Below are positions 28,861-41,869 of a stretch of 64,000 nt of DNA, in pieces. Below the pieces are notes generated by a model. The model ran no database searches. It saw nothing but the letters and a program-made list of their open reading frames with translations, and was not told where the DNA came from. The DNA comes from Neoechinorhynchus agilis (Eukaryota; Animalia; Acanthocephala). The position numbers and the translations under genes are program-made. The stretch is taken from assembly GCA_051530055.1 (NCBI GenBank), contig CM121342.1:2948797-3012796 (forward strand), given 5' to 3'. The first letter of the stretch is position 1. Every line of letters begins with the position of its first letter.

Positions 28861-30558
28861 AGACCAGCCAGGCTTGGGAGCAACGGTAGCACCAAACTCT
28901 TGTTCCGAATTTCTTTGTCCGTCCGAAACCCCGAGGGCAATTTCGATAACTTCCATTATCAGGTAATTTTGTAAATGTGGTAGTACCCAAATCACATTCC
29001 CGTCGTCAAAATCAATTTCATGTCCACAAATCACCACATGATTGACTATAGCTTAGGAAGCAAAATAACGGCTACCGTCATAATTGTGTTGTATGATCCT
29101 TTTGTTTAGTCGTTGATTGATTTCTACTGCATAATTAGCTTCGCAGTCCTCGCAAGGAGATACCGGGTAAAGACCTAAATAACACTTCGGATAAAATCTA
29201 TATTTACCAAAACTCTTAAATGTGCAATCGGAATATTTAGAGCCCCAAAAATGAACAATATTCGATCTACGAAAAGCTTTGATCTTACAAGTGATTCGAG
29301 CTGCTATGCTCGTAAAAATATTCGTGTTTATAAGTTATGGTCGTTTTTCGTACTTCTTGACAAAACAGGTATTATGCTGCCGCATGAATTATTTTACGGA
29401 CGCGTACGGGATGGATACATTCAAAATAAATTTCCCTAGAAACCAAGTACATAATCCGTTTCTTTTTACAAGAAGAATCTGAAGGAAAATAGCCGAAATG
29501 GACAAATAAATTACAGTTTGTCGTCGGAAAAAAGAGAGTAGCTTTTGTTTAAAAATTCGACAAGTAACATACGAACAAATTAAATTAATGTCAAAATCAA
29601 GTCTGTGCAGTTAAGATTATTGCTCTTATAAACTAAGTCAATTACAAAAATATCTACAAGATCGAAAGTTTCCAGCCAAACTATGTGCTACAGTTAATAG
29701 AAATAATTTGAATGACATGCATTCAAATTATTTATTTTTCATAAAGGATAAAACTAGTTACATAAGGTGTTTGAGATGATTCAGCGAATTAAAGCGCTTA
29801 TGAAGATGTGAACTTTTCCATCGAATTTGTGAATATGGTTTCGTTTGGTCGCAAATTTTTAATTTAAGTTAATATCATAGCCACATACAAACAAGGTCGC
29901 AAATGCAGTGACATCAGTTGAACTGTGCCGATGAAGTAAAAACGAAAAATTGTTTACTAAAATAATTTCGCCCGACAAAATGGTCAAATTTATTAGAGCA
30001 CTGCGTTTTCATAAATCTGTATGTAGCGTGAGTTTTAATAATAAGAATTATTTCATAAATCACAAAGGTTGATATAGATCTTTGCGACAATAAACAAAAA
30101 ATTTCTGCGACTATGCTTTTCTCACCCGAATCTTATTTGATTTTTAATTATAGCATAAATAATAAAAGTCGCGGGTCCGTCCGTTTTTGCAAAACATCAT
30201 TATAGATTGATAACTTTAAATCAATAGCACTTTTTACATCAACCTTCGATGGTCCGGACGTAGTTAGGTAAAACAATTAAGATAAAACCATTCTGAAAAT
30301 TCGGTAGATTACAATTGCCTATTTGCAGGTCACTAGTGTAAACCATTAAATTGTAAGTTTACTCAAAAAGATAACTGTAAAAAGAAACCTCTGGGGAGAT
30401 ATAAAGATCACATTAAGCATTCCACTGAACGTATCGCGCTTGTCGGTTTGCCGAGAATCTTTTACAGCGATGAAAGTCTGAAGGTCCACAAAATATTTAT
30501 CATTATGCGGTTTTACAACTCTCATGTTATTTACTAGCAAAATTAAATATAATTAGAG

Positions 30559-30915
30559 ATGTCACTAACAAATATTTCATCAAGTAATGAAATCCCTAAC
30601 AGTGATTCATTGGCAACAACAACACCTACAGCCAATCCTGAGGAGCTCAAAATGTTAAATGGAACGGCATCAACACAAGGGTCCTCGAGCACAACGACGT
30701 CGATTGAGGAAGTAAACATAGAAGGGATTTCGCTCTCAGATGCTGGAAGCCAATCAGAATCCACAAAAAGTTGTGTCAAATATACTTACATTTGCTACCA
30801 CTGTGGATCCGAGTCCTTATTGCCGGCAGGAATTAAAGGTGCTTGCCGTCGTTGCTTTGGGCAGACATTATCGAAGACGAGGGTTTATCCACCTACGATT
30901 TACAAAGGGCGGTGA
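30559..30915 (+). CDS. POLR2K: RNA polymerase shared subunit RPB12/RPABC4-like zinc ribbon with long Ser/Thr-rich N-terminal extension
   Basis: C-terminus YICYHC-x13-CRRC followed by a 19-residue tail ending in R, the same spacing as RPB12 (YICGEC-x13-CREC...FDAR). Confidence 0.7.
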   Translation: MSLTNISSSNEIPNSDSLATTTPTANPEELKMLNGTASTQGSSSTTTSIEEVNIEGISLSDAGSQSESTKSCVKYTYICYHCGSESLLPAGIKGACRRCFGQTLSKTRVYPPTIYKGR

Positions 30916-31419
30916 ATATTAATCAATGTAGTAATATTGTAATAATAATGTACTAAAATAACAAGCATAAATATTTTATCGATTTACGCACTCGTCAAAC
31001 TTATTTTCTAGTTTCTCTAGTTAAGCAAACACACTCTGCTTTTAATGTTCGGTAAAGGTCCTTGCTACGCCTTTATATTAAATACCAAAAAGACTTTCAT
31101 AAGCATTAACTTGCTAGGAAATTCGTTGAAAGTCTTTAAATCCAGATCATACGGTTCGCGTGCAGAACAAAAAACTGATTTTGACGAACTCCACTAAAGA
31201 CAATGTAAAATGACAACCGTCTTTGCAACCATGAAATTATGTAATCTCAATCGATAAATATTTCCATCTTGTATAACTGATTCAAACCATTTCAAACCTT
31301 AAAGGGCTATGTTTCCAAATATAGATGGAAAAATACAAGTGAATTTCATTCTTAATTCGAGAATTAGAAAAATATGTCATATTCTTCAGCAGTGTATGGT
31401 TGAAAAAGTAATTTTAAAC

Positions 31420-31844
31420 ACATCTATAAAAAGACTACCGGCTGAGCCACCCATAAGAATGCTTAAATCGGAAAGCTAATCCAGGCCAATTTGTTGCGAA
31501 GTTTGTACATTCTGTAGTTGTGCTGAGGTGGTCGAGTGGACTGATGCTCCTGATCTCATTTAGGATCAACGGGTTCGAATCCGTTACCGACGATGACGCA
31601 CAACCAACGCATTCGAAGTACCCCGTTGAATGGAGGAAACTCACTGATGAGTTCCGCCTCCCCCGGAGGTATCTGAGAATCCGGAGAGATGTACAAACTT
31701 ATAACCGTCTACGGTCTTGGGACATTGAGCTCAGACCAGCGCTTTCCCAGGCCGAAATCGGTGGACTGTATGTCCGTTCGGCCGTGTATGGAAAAAATAA
31801 AACATCTATAAAACGACTACCGGCTGAGCCACTCATAAGAATGC
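31420..31844 (+). mobile_element. tRNA-derived SINE-like element bracketed by 43-bp direct repeats
   Basis: A-box tggtcgagtgg (31529-39) and B-box ggttcgaatcc (31572-82). Direct repeats acatctataaaaNgactaccggctgagccacNcataagaatgc at 31420-62 and 31802-44. Confidence 0.55.
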
Positions 31845-32185
31845 CATGATGGCCCCTATATTAAAATGCAGAATGAACTTTCAATCTCCATACAAATATC
31901 CAAGTTTAACGTAAGTTGAATAATTTTTTGTCTGTAATACAAATTGAACCGAGATGATAAAATAGGGACGCCGCTGAATAATTTCACGTTTTTCAATGAA
32001 AGCCCGTGAAATTTATAAAGTTCTACATAAGATTTTCAAGTTCCCAATCATTTCCGTTTGAAGCGGCAAAAATAGAAATAATTAAAGTTCTAAGTTACCG
32101 ATTTTTTGCTCATATGTATTTAAAAGAAAATTCGGTCCAGTATTATTTACTGAAAATTCAAGATTGCTGTATTTTTAATATGAAT

Positions 32186-35130
32186 TTATTTTTTGAAGTC
32201 GGCAATTTCACCGCAAAAAATAACGAAACGAAAAATCATTTCATTTTGGCATTTGTGGCGTTTTGTACACATCGTTATATTCGAAACGGAATCCATGATC
32301 CTGAGTTGAAGTGAAGTGACATGGACATAATTTGTGTTACCTTTTTTTGGATGCGGTATCACATTGATGTGAAATCACATTTATAACGCCGTCATCTAGG
32401 ATTATGTTACTAAAAGCGACAATTATACTTTTAAATTATTACAAACAATAATCTTACTTGCACCAGAGTGTTATTGTTTTAAATGGTCCAATAAACTCAA
32501 TGGAACAATGGCCTCGCAGATCTCTTTATCGGTACCATTAAAGAAGTGAAATTTGCATGACTTACTCACAGAATTACATTTTTAAAGCTGTAAAAAATTT
32601 CGCCTGGCTGTATAACTGCGATACGATTATAAGATAAATCTCTAAATGATTTTCAAAAAGTAATTGTAGAATAATGAGCAGTATTACAATTTCTGTAGCG
32701 GTGATTTATAATCTTCATAGTTACCAATAATGTTTATGTAATTATGTGACAAATCCAAAACCCTCAACACGTTGTGATTGGACAAAAATGACAAGTCTAC
32801 TTTTGAAAGCTTATTGTAGGATAAATTTCTATTTTTTATTTCGCATAAAATCAAAAATCACAATAACCTACAAGTGTATCAAACTTGATAGAAGCATGAG
32901 AGATTCCAACATTGTAGAATCCAACATATTAATTGAAAGATCTCTATGATTGGCTGCTTAAATTTCTAACGAATGAATGTCAATCTTACAAAGAGATTAC
33001 ATGTGCACAAATTGCACCACGTTCCATTGTTTTCAACATATTGTTCTTTAGATTTCTGCGAATAAATATAAGAGGAGATTATAAGAAATGCTGAAACCTA
33101 CACTTCGTTAAATAATACATGACCACATAGCGAATGACGCTCAATGGTTTTCAATTCGTTACCCTCCAAATTACTTCAGGCGATTTTAGTAAAAATGTAA
33201 CAGAAACCAAGGACTTACAGTAGACCCAAAGTTTTAACTTTTCCAATGGCTGGAAAAGTATGCAATTCGTTATTTCTTAAACTTCTAAAGAAGAATCTAA
33301 AGCGAGTATTGAGGCTCATAAATCGTACATTAACGACAAAAATGTGTTTGAGTCGAATGAGTTCTTTTCGACATAGTAGATCGAATTATGATCTAAGTGT
33401 CTACCCATAAAAGTTAGTAAATCGCAAAGACTTAAAGTACTCACAACTCACTGAGATTCGGAAAGCAGCTCATCATTTTCGATGTTAAGGACGTGAGTTG
33501 ATTATTGGACAAATCTCTAATTTACACTTGTCAATAATAAATTTCAATTAAATTTCCTTACAATATCACAACGGATCTTAATCCCTCCAAAAATGATACA
33601 GTCGATGATTGCCGAATTTCATTGCGAGACAAATTCCTGTAAAAAAGGATGTAAAAGATACGGCAAATATATTAAAAACTTACAGTGTTTTTAGATTTTC
33701 AAAGCCTAAAAAAGAACCTTCTTCAATGATTTGCAAACGGTTAGAAGAAAGGTTCCTTAAAAAATATCATTTAAATATAACTTAACGCTTTTCAAATTAC
33801 TCACAGAAACTCTAGATTGCTCAACCCACGAAAACTATTTTTATCGATTGTCCACAAAAAATTGTTACTCAAATCGAGATAAGACAAATTTCTCATTTTT
33901 AAAAATATAAAAGGTTCGATTTGAATGAGTAAATTGTTTTGGAGTTCCCTAATGAGTAATAATCAAACGATTTTCGTTATTAACAAGTGAATTTTTTTAC
34001 AGTTTTGTTAAATATTTCAATTGACCTAATTCCTTAAACGGAAGCGAAAACAAGCGACATCCATCTGCTTTAAGTTCATGTAGAATCCTCGTGTGAATTA
34101 AAACACATCCAAAGGACCCCAACAAATTATGCGATAGATCGCTAAAATGTTCATCTAATGAACTGAAATCATATATACACACGCACAGAATTTTTAAATT
34201 ACAAATATGACCGAGTTTTGGCTCGAATTCCTTAATTTTAAGGCCATGGATGTCTCTAAAAAATATTGTAATTTTCTTTTGTTTCCATTGAGTAAAATTC
34301 ATACAAATTTGTGAGATTTCCGAGATTTTGAAGGCATTTCTTTGTTGATACAATCTCCGTCTCGCCAACGGCTCTAAATTCAATTCGATTTTTCAATCTA
34401 AATTAAACAAACAATACAAATGTGTAAGTGACTTCAGTTTTAGAAGTGCTTCACAAATTTCCCGAAGTGGATTGTTATTTAGATTCCTAAATATCCATAT
34501 ATAGGAAACACTCTGAGAATAAAAATAACAACAATCTCTCCAGTTTTTTCAAGTACGTGAAGGCATCAGAATCCACTTGTTCGACGAAATTATTACTCAG
34601 GTCTCTAAAAATATACATATTTAAAAAATGGAAATTGCTTACATGGACTTTAAATTTCTCGCGTGTCGAAAGTCATAAGTCGATATCGATTGAATTCGAT
34701 TGAAAGCAAAGTGACTAAATAGCTTTCCGCTCAAATTTAGAGTTTTCAGAAACTTACATTTCTTCGAGATAAGGCATACATGAGAATTCCACATCACGGA
34801 GTGATTGAAATCTATTGTGTCTTGCTTGTCTTTATAAAGAAATCCTCACTCACATTTGTTGAAATAAATCAAGACTTACAAAACAACCGTGAGCATCAGA
34901 TCATGGCAAAGTGGATCGCTTTTATATACTTTTGGCCTTTCAATTTCACATCAGTATAACTTTTTGAACTTATTGCAATCTTACCAATGACTAGCATGTA
35001 TAAAATGATTACTAAGTGCGCATTGAAGTTCCGAAGCATATTGATGTTGAATGTCGCACAAATAACGAACTGAGGATAGACACAAATGGATCCACACAAA
35101 CGAGGATAGTAACAAAGCTACTGCAATCAT
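32186..35130 (-). CDS. Multi-exon secreted LRR protein (about 20 exons, mostly one LRR per ~72-nt exon); not in ORF track
   Basis: Hand-spliced across 42-50 nt GT-AG introns, mostly phase 2. Signal peptide MIAVALLLSSFVWIHLCLS, then exons such as DLSNNFVEQVDSDAFTYLKKLERL, NLNNNPLREICEALLKLKSLTHL, NLSSNRLQIIEEGSFLGFENLKTL, DLSNNQLTSLTSKMMSCFPNLSEL. The 3' end and second exon are uncertain. Confidence 0.85.
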
Positions 35131-35449
35131 TTGAATGATTAAAATAGGATGCACAATTTTATGTTTCTAAAGAACTGTGTTAACGAACCAAGTGACGGAG
35201 ATACACGAAATACGGAACGTTTACTCACAATAGTCGAATGATTCATTGATCTAGTGCATTTTCTAACAAAATTCATGCACATTGTTCTTAAATGTGAATT
35301 TTGCTCTTAACATATAAAACAAATCGAATGAGCTAATAGATTTCTACAAATGATTCAGGCTACAGTATGTCATCACAAGGATTATTTGAGACCTTAATTA
35401 CTAGCAATGCTTTAATCCCGATCCATTTAATTAGTAAATCAATGTTATA

Positions 35450-36420
35450 TAATTTGGTGTGATATTTACAAAAAATAGCAAGATCAGGAAAAAACATATG
35501 CTTCGAATATTTTGAAATTCATAAACGGTGAAACTTTTCTAGGTAGTGTGATTGTTCAAATTTTGCGTCCGGATTCAGTGCATTGCGAACATTGACTCAA
35601 AAGGGTAGGTCAGTTTTCTCGATGTAGATGATCCTTTGATAGTCATTGGGCAAACATAGTTCGCTCGTTATCTCTTAGACCACGATTCTTCGAGTGTAAA
35701 TCGATTCTTATCTGTTATTTGTGTCCACTGATTTCCCTGGGCACGATGCTGGACTTGTTTCCGGCGGTTCATGATGTCCAGTTCTCGTCAGTGTTCGTCT
35801 AAGTGTAAGATCGCTTCTCTGTGGACAATCCGGACCGGCACTAGTTAACATTTCACTGTTATATGGGATCGTAAAAGTTGCTTTCATTCTATCTATCGTC
35901 AATCGTTTCTCCCTTAACGACGATGAGCAAACCAGCGCTGTCCTGGGCATCTCCACGATAAATTGACCGTTTCATTACTAATTGATGATGGGAATCTCGA
36001 TGCGTGACTATCCTTTTACAATTTGCGATACCAACTGAAATCAGTGACCTGATTAACTTTAAAACACAAATTGGAAAACGGCGGATAATCCGATGGTTTG
36101 TCTCGCGTAACCTTAATCCCTCCAAGTGGGATCCACAGAATTCAAACTCCTCTTCATGTCATCGACCTCACAATCTTCTTTGTAGGTGAACAGCACATCA
36201 TCCAAAAATAGTGGAGATAAAACGTTAAATGTTGTAGGATCCGCTGATTTTCCAAACCAACGAGGAAATCATTGCAAAGACGGAGGCAAGACTTTTTCCA
36301 TGGAAAATCCACGGATTTGTCTATAAAGTTCGTCGTTATATCGAAAGAGGTTGCGCTCTAAAACCATTCGAGTGATTCGAATCACGTCTGCCTATCATGA
36401 TGGCCTAGGATTATTTAAAA
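35450..36420 (-). mobile_element. Degenerate Penelope-like retroelement (RT, thumb, linker, GIY-YIG remnants)
   Basis: Minus-strand fragments FRYNDELYRQIRGFSM, FLDDVLF, SLNSVDP, FTIPY and IYIEKT match PLE RT/EN motifs; interrupted by stops and frameshifts. Confidence 0.75.
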
Positions 36421-37082
36421 TTTATAATATTTGTTGATCAAAAGGAAAATGCTACGACCGTGCAAATTTACAATATCGCATGTTTCTCACTAAATGAAAA
36501 TCCGAAAAAAAGATACAAAAAACCGAACCAAACTGTCGCCGACGCAACTAAAGAGATAAAGTCTTTGATTATTATCTTTGGGAGAAACGATACTTTCTTT
36601 TGGTAGTTAGACCAATCCGGGATTTTAAATTGACTAATTTATTACCGATATTTCGTCCGATAATTCCGACATCATCAAGGTTTGTCATCTTAAATATCCT
36701 GATCGATACGCAATTGTCGTCGCACCAAATGTCTGATAGGAGATTCCTTACATTGTGTGAATTGTGAGATGTAGAAATAATCCTTGTACTTATAGTATTC
36801 AAAATCATTAGCCTCTTGGCACTATCACCAACGGCTGCACAATCCACAATTATGATAGCGTCCTTATATAACCGGCATTTCGCTTGTAATTTAGTAGTCT
36901 CTCAAGCAATCAAATTTCGCTTTTACATGAAAAATAGGGATCATGTCAGTCTAACAGTGCAACAACAATTACCGGCAATCATAAGAGCATTCACATTTAA
37001 TACTATTGCCGAATTAGCATCTATGCACAACGACGGACACGCTGGGCAGAGTACCACGATTTCACATTCAATTTATGATTTT

Positions 37083-37275
37083 GGTGAAAATACTCCCGGT
37101 AATAGTATATTTGATTTATTGGAGATATTTCGCGAGATAACCTCGCCTCATCAGTCATTGTTAAAGTTTATTATTAAGTGCGAATAAAACACTTTAACAA
37201 TGACTGATGAGGCGAGGTTATCTTGCGAAATATCTCCAATAAATCAAATATACTATTACCGGGAGTATTTTCACC
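37083..37275. ncRNA. 85-bp inverted repeat carrying two opposed hammerhead-like cores (PLE pLTR)
   Basis: Arms 37083-37167 and 37191-37275 with one mismatch. Each holds CTGATGA-G-GCGAG-gttat-CT(C/T)GC-GAAA. Third copy at 44271-44297. Stem I pairing is poor. Confidence 0.6.
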
Positions 37276-38099
37276 CAAATTATACTTTGATTAACCCTAA
37301 GGATTTTCTATCGATGATTTCACATTCAGTTAAATTTCTAAAACGATCAATTATTAACTCGATTTTAGAATTGAATTTTGAATTTAGTTGTAAGAAAACA
37401 TTTCTGAATTGACTTTGGTTTATCCGTTGAATGTAAGTATGAAAATTTAGACCAATCATCGTCGCAATAGCGAAACTTACGATTTTTCCCAAAATACGAT
37501 CATCCGAATGTCTAATCCTTGATTGATGCCTCGCTCCAAGTTCACTTGGGAGGTTTTGATGTTCTACCCGCGATAGAAATAGCAATCCCAGTCTTTGGCT
37601 TAATCGTGTCCCGAACAATCTGCTTGACCGCTCTAATTTTACCTGCATTCCTATCCGATTGATCAGGAATTAACGACCAATCTTACAGAATCACTCTAGA
37701 AAAATGGAGTAAAGATTCGAACTGACTGTCCAAACGGATACATCATCACAAAAACGTTGGTCAGACCATTAGTTCAAGAAGGATTTTCGAAACCTCCTTG
37801 GTTTTTGTGTCGACGCCAAATAACGAGCACGCCTACTCGCGGCCGCAACTAAATACTAAAGTACTTTTCTTAACTATCTATCAATCTCTTCGATTGGTAC
37901 TAAAATGGATAACCGCTAATATTTGTTTCGCTTCGGCTCTATGCTTATTCGTGGCTTGCTCCGTGCAACATGCAAGTGCGGTTTCAAGATGGAGAGAACA
38001 TGAAAAATATGGACTAAATTGCCCTAAAAGTCAAGCACAATCGTCACAGCATGGTAAATACTCTAATAAGTAAAGGCCTGGGCAGCGGAAAGCAATCAG

Positions 38100-38480
38100 T
38101 CTTTCCTCTATCCGGTCGGTTTAAGCAGAGATAACCTGAAAGGATCGGGCGGTGCATCAACAGTTAATTGGAAACGAGGTTGTCTCCTTGGGACTTCATT
38201 TGCTCGGATGCGATTGCTAAAAGCAATTTGTTGCTTGTAGTTGCAGGAGCCAGTGAAGTAACGAAAAGAGCACTGAAAAGGGAAAAGTATAAAAGCCTCA
38301 ATTTTTGCTTTACGTTTTCCAATCTCTCTCTCGTCATTGAGGCAGTTGGTGCCGTTGAACCAAGTAGAATTTTTAACAAAGGTTGGCTATAGGTTAGTCG
38401 CAACAACAAAGGAAACCAGGGCAGTCAACTATTTTTAGCAAAAAATCACCTCTATGGTTCAGAAATGGAATGATGAGTCC
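38100..38480 (+). mobile_element. RLE-type (CRE/R2-like) non-LTR retrotransposon 3' remnant
   Basis: WKRGCL.WDFICSD...KREKYKSL...IEAVGA resembles the PWxxG.xxWD...K..KY..L...VETLG endonuclease region. DNA match to 52790-52860 (reverse). Confidence 0.65.
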
Positions 38481-38677
38481 TCGGGGCAATTTAGGATAAA
38501 GATGTTTCGCCGTTCATGTCGGAACTTTTATAAAATTTTAACGCGCTGAAATAACAAATTCATTAAGAAGGTCGAAGAAAGTATTTTTAATTCCATCAAA
38601 ATCGGCGACCCGATAGTTTAAAAACAGGAAGCCACTAAAAAATATAGTCGACAAAGATAACTACTTTCGACTTTGAA

Positions 38678-39759
38678 TCAGTCACTAATACTATTACTTT
38701 CGCTGCGCTCTTCTTCATCAGTTTGGTCAATCTCTTCACTAAAACATGTTGATTTGAAAACGATTCTGTTTCCCAGGGGTTGAACCGGACGATAATTTCT
38801 CTCAATAAAAAGGCCACTATCGCTGCTCTCTAAGCTTCGAAATGCGTCAATCTATGGTGTTAAAGTGTAAAATTAAGCAGACGATTTTAAAACTTACCCA
38901 TTTAGATTTGACGCTGATAGGCTGTTCGTATACAATCCATTGAACGCATTCGGTGCACGGTGGAGTAGTGAGGGATCCGTTATAAACGAAGTATGACGAG
39001 TTCGCTACGGAATTGTGGAGAACTAATCTTTCTTAGAACGCCTTACCTGGAAATAATTTTCCAAGATTTAACGGACAAATAAACCCTGAAGAAGCATTTA
39101 AACCATGAACTTCGCGTGCCTTGAATGCTAATCTTCTGAATGGTCGATTAATCACACTAGCATCTGCATCGATCTAAAAGTTCAGTCTTGAAAATTCGTT
39201 TATTTTTTAATCTACCTGGAAAAAGACTCCCAGGACGCATAATGCATTAGGGCTTCCGCTATTGACGGCGTCTTCAAAACAGTAAAAACTCGTCGCGTTC
39301 CAGTGGACAAAATGAATCTTTTTTTTAATTATGTAAATATGGTATTTAATAAATCAAAGGTTACTTCTCCATCAAATTGCCGGCCGTTCACTGTATGTTC
39401 AGATCCAAACTCGCCAGGTGCACCCCAGTGTAAATGAAACTGTTTAAATTCGTAAACGGACTCTCCTAGCGGTCCACCAACAATCACTAAAGAAGGCTCG
39501 CAACATACGGTATGAATTAAAAGTTCTAACCCATCTCAGTTGGATCAATACATGAGATTTCCAATGAATGCCCATTATTAGTTGCGACAGCATCCGTACA
39601 TCTCCCATAGTTTCTTACCAACCCATTTACGCTTTCGTCCAGAATAGCAGCATCCGTGTGAATGTCGATCGGTGATTGGCTGCAGTAAGCGCTAATTTCG
39701 GGAAACATTGATGCCCATTGGTGGGGACCGTTATAGCTTTGATATCCCCAGTGAACCAT
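38678..39759 (-). CDS. Alpha-carbonic anhydrase, six exons (an extra 5' exon is possible)
   Basis: [58 protein letters not shown]; all three zinc-ligand His present. GT-AG introns of 44, 47, 42, 42 and 46 nt. Confidence 0.95.
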
Positions 39760-40099
39760 TACCCTGTAAAATTAAGAAATAAACAATTGCGAATTCTTTA
39801 CGCACCTTTGAGGAATTAGAAGACGAGTACAGGATCATAGACAAGATTTTATCTCCACGATGTGCTGTGACGAATATGAGTAATAATTACCCACATACTT
39901 CATCCACCTCGTACCTTTACTCTACTAAGCATAAATGATATGAGTTTCGTTCGTTCTTCTTTTTTTGCGACAAGTCAATGGGTAAGAAATGAAAAGATGT
40001 TTGATGATTTACACATAAGCCATAGATTTTTTTGCAAAAATGTTATCCATGGATTGTTTTTGATGAGGGCGAAATAAAGAAAATTATTTAATTTTCCTC

Positions 40100-40420
40100 T
40101 TCAGAATCTAGAAAGATAGGATGGTCAATGGTTGATAATTTTGCTCGTTGTTGGCAAACGTATAATGCTTCTCAATTTGTATTGCTTCGACAATTACTCG
40201 CTCATACTGATCATTAGTATGATATAATGTTTTTGCATGATCGAAATCAATCGTATAATTCTCTGTGTGTGTCAAGCTACCGCCCTGCGATTTTCTCTGA
40301 ATCGATGATTGAAATTATTAGTTCAATTGCAAACTTGGGTGCCACAAAATCCGTAAATATGATTCCATTTCATTGAGCAATTTCTTCAACAGAATTTCAA
40401 ATGAATCTTCATAAATCAAA
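40100..40420 (-). mobile_element. Penelope-like GIY-YIG C-terminal remnant
   Basis: Minus-strand YTIDFDHAKTLYHTNDQYERVIVEAIQIEKH matches the PLE H.IDF..A.IL...R...EAI.I tail. Confidence 0.65.
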
Positions 40421-40856
40421 ACTTTAAGTCTTTTAGAACAATCGACTCGCTTATTGATGCCTCCATCGCCTCACTCGTAAATTAGACACTCACATTCGTT
40501 ACTTGAATGATGATTCTTAGGTTTCAACTAACCTTTGACGGCTGCCTATTAAAATTAAGAAATAAAAAACAACGTGTCGCTCTCAGACACATCTATTCGC
40601 GGAATCCCCGTGTTCATGCAATGTTTTAGGATCCTGCAAAGTTTGCAATATGGTACGAATCTTGTTTTTAGGTTACAATGTCATTGGTCATTAATAAAGA
40701 ATATCTCCACAATTTTTTCTTTGATCAAACACCTTTTGCAAGTTGCATATTTCACATCTCTTATACAACATTCCACATGTTTCGAGGGATATCCTCAACT
40801 TCTGAGTATTCTATTGACAAGGGATTGAATCCTGTATATTTTGATCCCTAAACAAG

Positions 40857-41045
40857 AATTGTCTTCTGGCAAACCGGTTATTTTTAATTAAGTGTTAACA
40901 TAATCCCTTATTCGGCTTTTTTTCCTTAAAGGCACACAGCCAACCGATATCTTGCATTAGGGTGTAAGATATCAAGGAAAAAGCAGAGTAAGGGATTATG
41001 TAAAGACCTAATTAAACAATAACCAGCTTGTCAGATGACAAAAAG
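40857..41045. mobile_element. Foldback/MITE with long imperfect inverted arms
   Basis: ctggcaaaccggttatt..cataatcccttattcggcttttttcctt pairs with aaggaaaaagcagagtaagggattatg..aataaccagcttgtcag. The left arm recurs at ~53810-53890. Confidence 0.75.
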
Positions 41046-41169
41046 AGAATTCAATACTTATGCAAGGTTTAAATCTGGCTGGGTTTGTACATTCCGTAAT
41101 TATTTCGAGGTTATCTAGTGAACTTGAGTCATAAATCTGTGTTGTTATTTAGGTCGCCTGTCGAAAGCC

Positions 41170-41600
41170 GATGGAGATCGCCTTAAAGAGAAGAAAGTAT
41201 ATATTTCGACACTGATTGAATCACAATCTAAAATAAAGAGGAATTTGTCACAAACACACGCTAAATGATTGCTTTCGTTTTGACTCGGGAACCCGGGATC
41301 GTCCATCCCGTAAGCGAAGACCAGCCTGGGTGCATTTAGGCCAATTTTCCTTGTTCCATCGTGTTGGCCATTTCAATGTGCGCATATCGACTCTTTTTCA
41401 GAAGTCGATGGGATTTTCTTTGTTCCTTGCAGAGGACGTCGGTCTTGTCGAATCCGATGGAGTGTTTGGTCCGGGCGTAGTATTTGTATTTTCCCCTCAG
41501 CCGTATAGTTAAACAACTCATTGTTTCACCACGCAAAGGCCATCTCGCAGTCGTTGCAAGGCATGCGGTATACTAGATCCGAACTAGCTTTTAGCTGAGG
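41170..41600 (-). mobile_element. Penelope-like GIY-YIG remnant plus terminal region
   Basis: SDLVYRMPCNDCEMAF/GET...IGFDKTDVL (frameshifted); downstream part is duplicated at 23430-23600. Confidence 0.7.
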
Positions 41601-41869
41601 CTTTCGTTTAAAGATACATCCGTTAAATCTGTCCTGCGTTTCAGATTAGAGGCAAAAATTATCAACGAATTTATCAGGGCTTTAAAAGGGGTAACATAAT
41701 ACAACCAAAAGGGACGAAATACCTGAGTCCCGCATAACCGCGTATTGTTCAGGGTATCAAGTGATTCAATCACTTAGACTGATTCTAGATATCTTTTATT
41801 TATATATTTATCCTAAATCGCATACACTCATGGCATCATTGCATGTCTTTTTGGGAGCCTCTCGGCTAC

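Noticed and set aside
38465-38555. ATGATGA...CTGA as a C/D snoRNA or degenerate hammerhead
   Set aside because: No terminal stem, no recognisable guide, and the GAAA core is missing.
38697-38721. Minus-strand CTGATGA...GAAA hammerhead-like motif
   Set aside because: No stem II pairing, and it lies in the acidic C-terminal coding tail of carbonic anhydrase (TDEEERSES).
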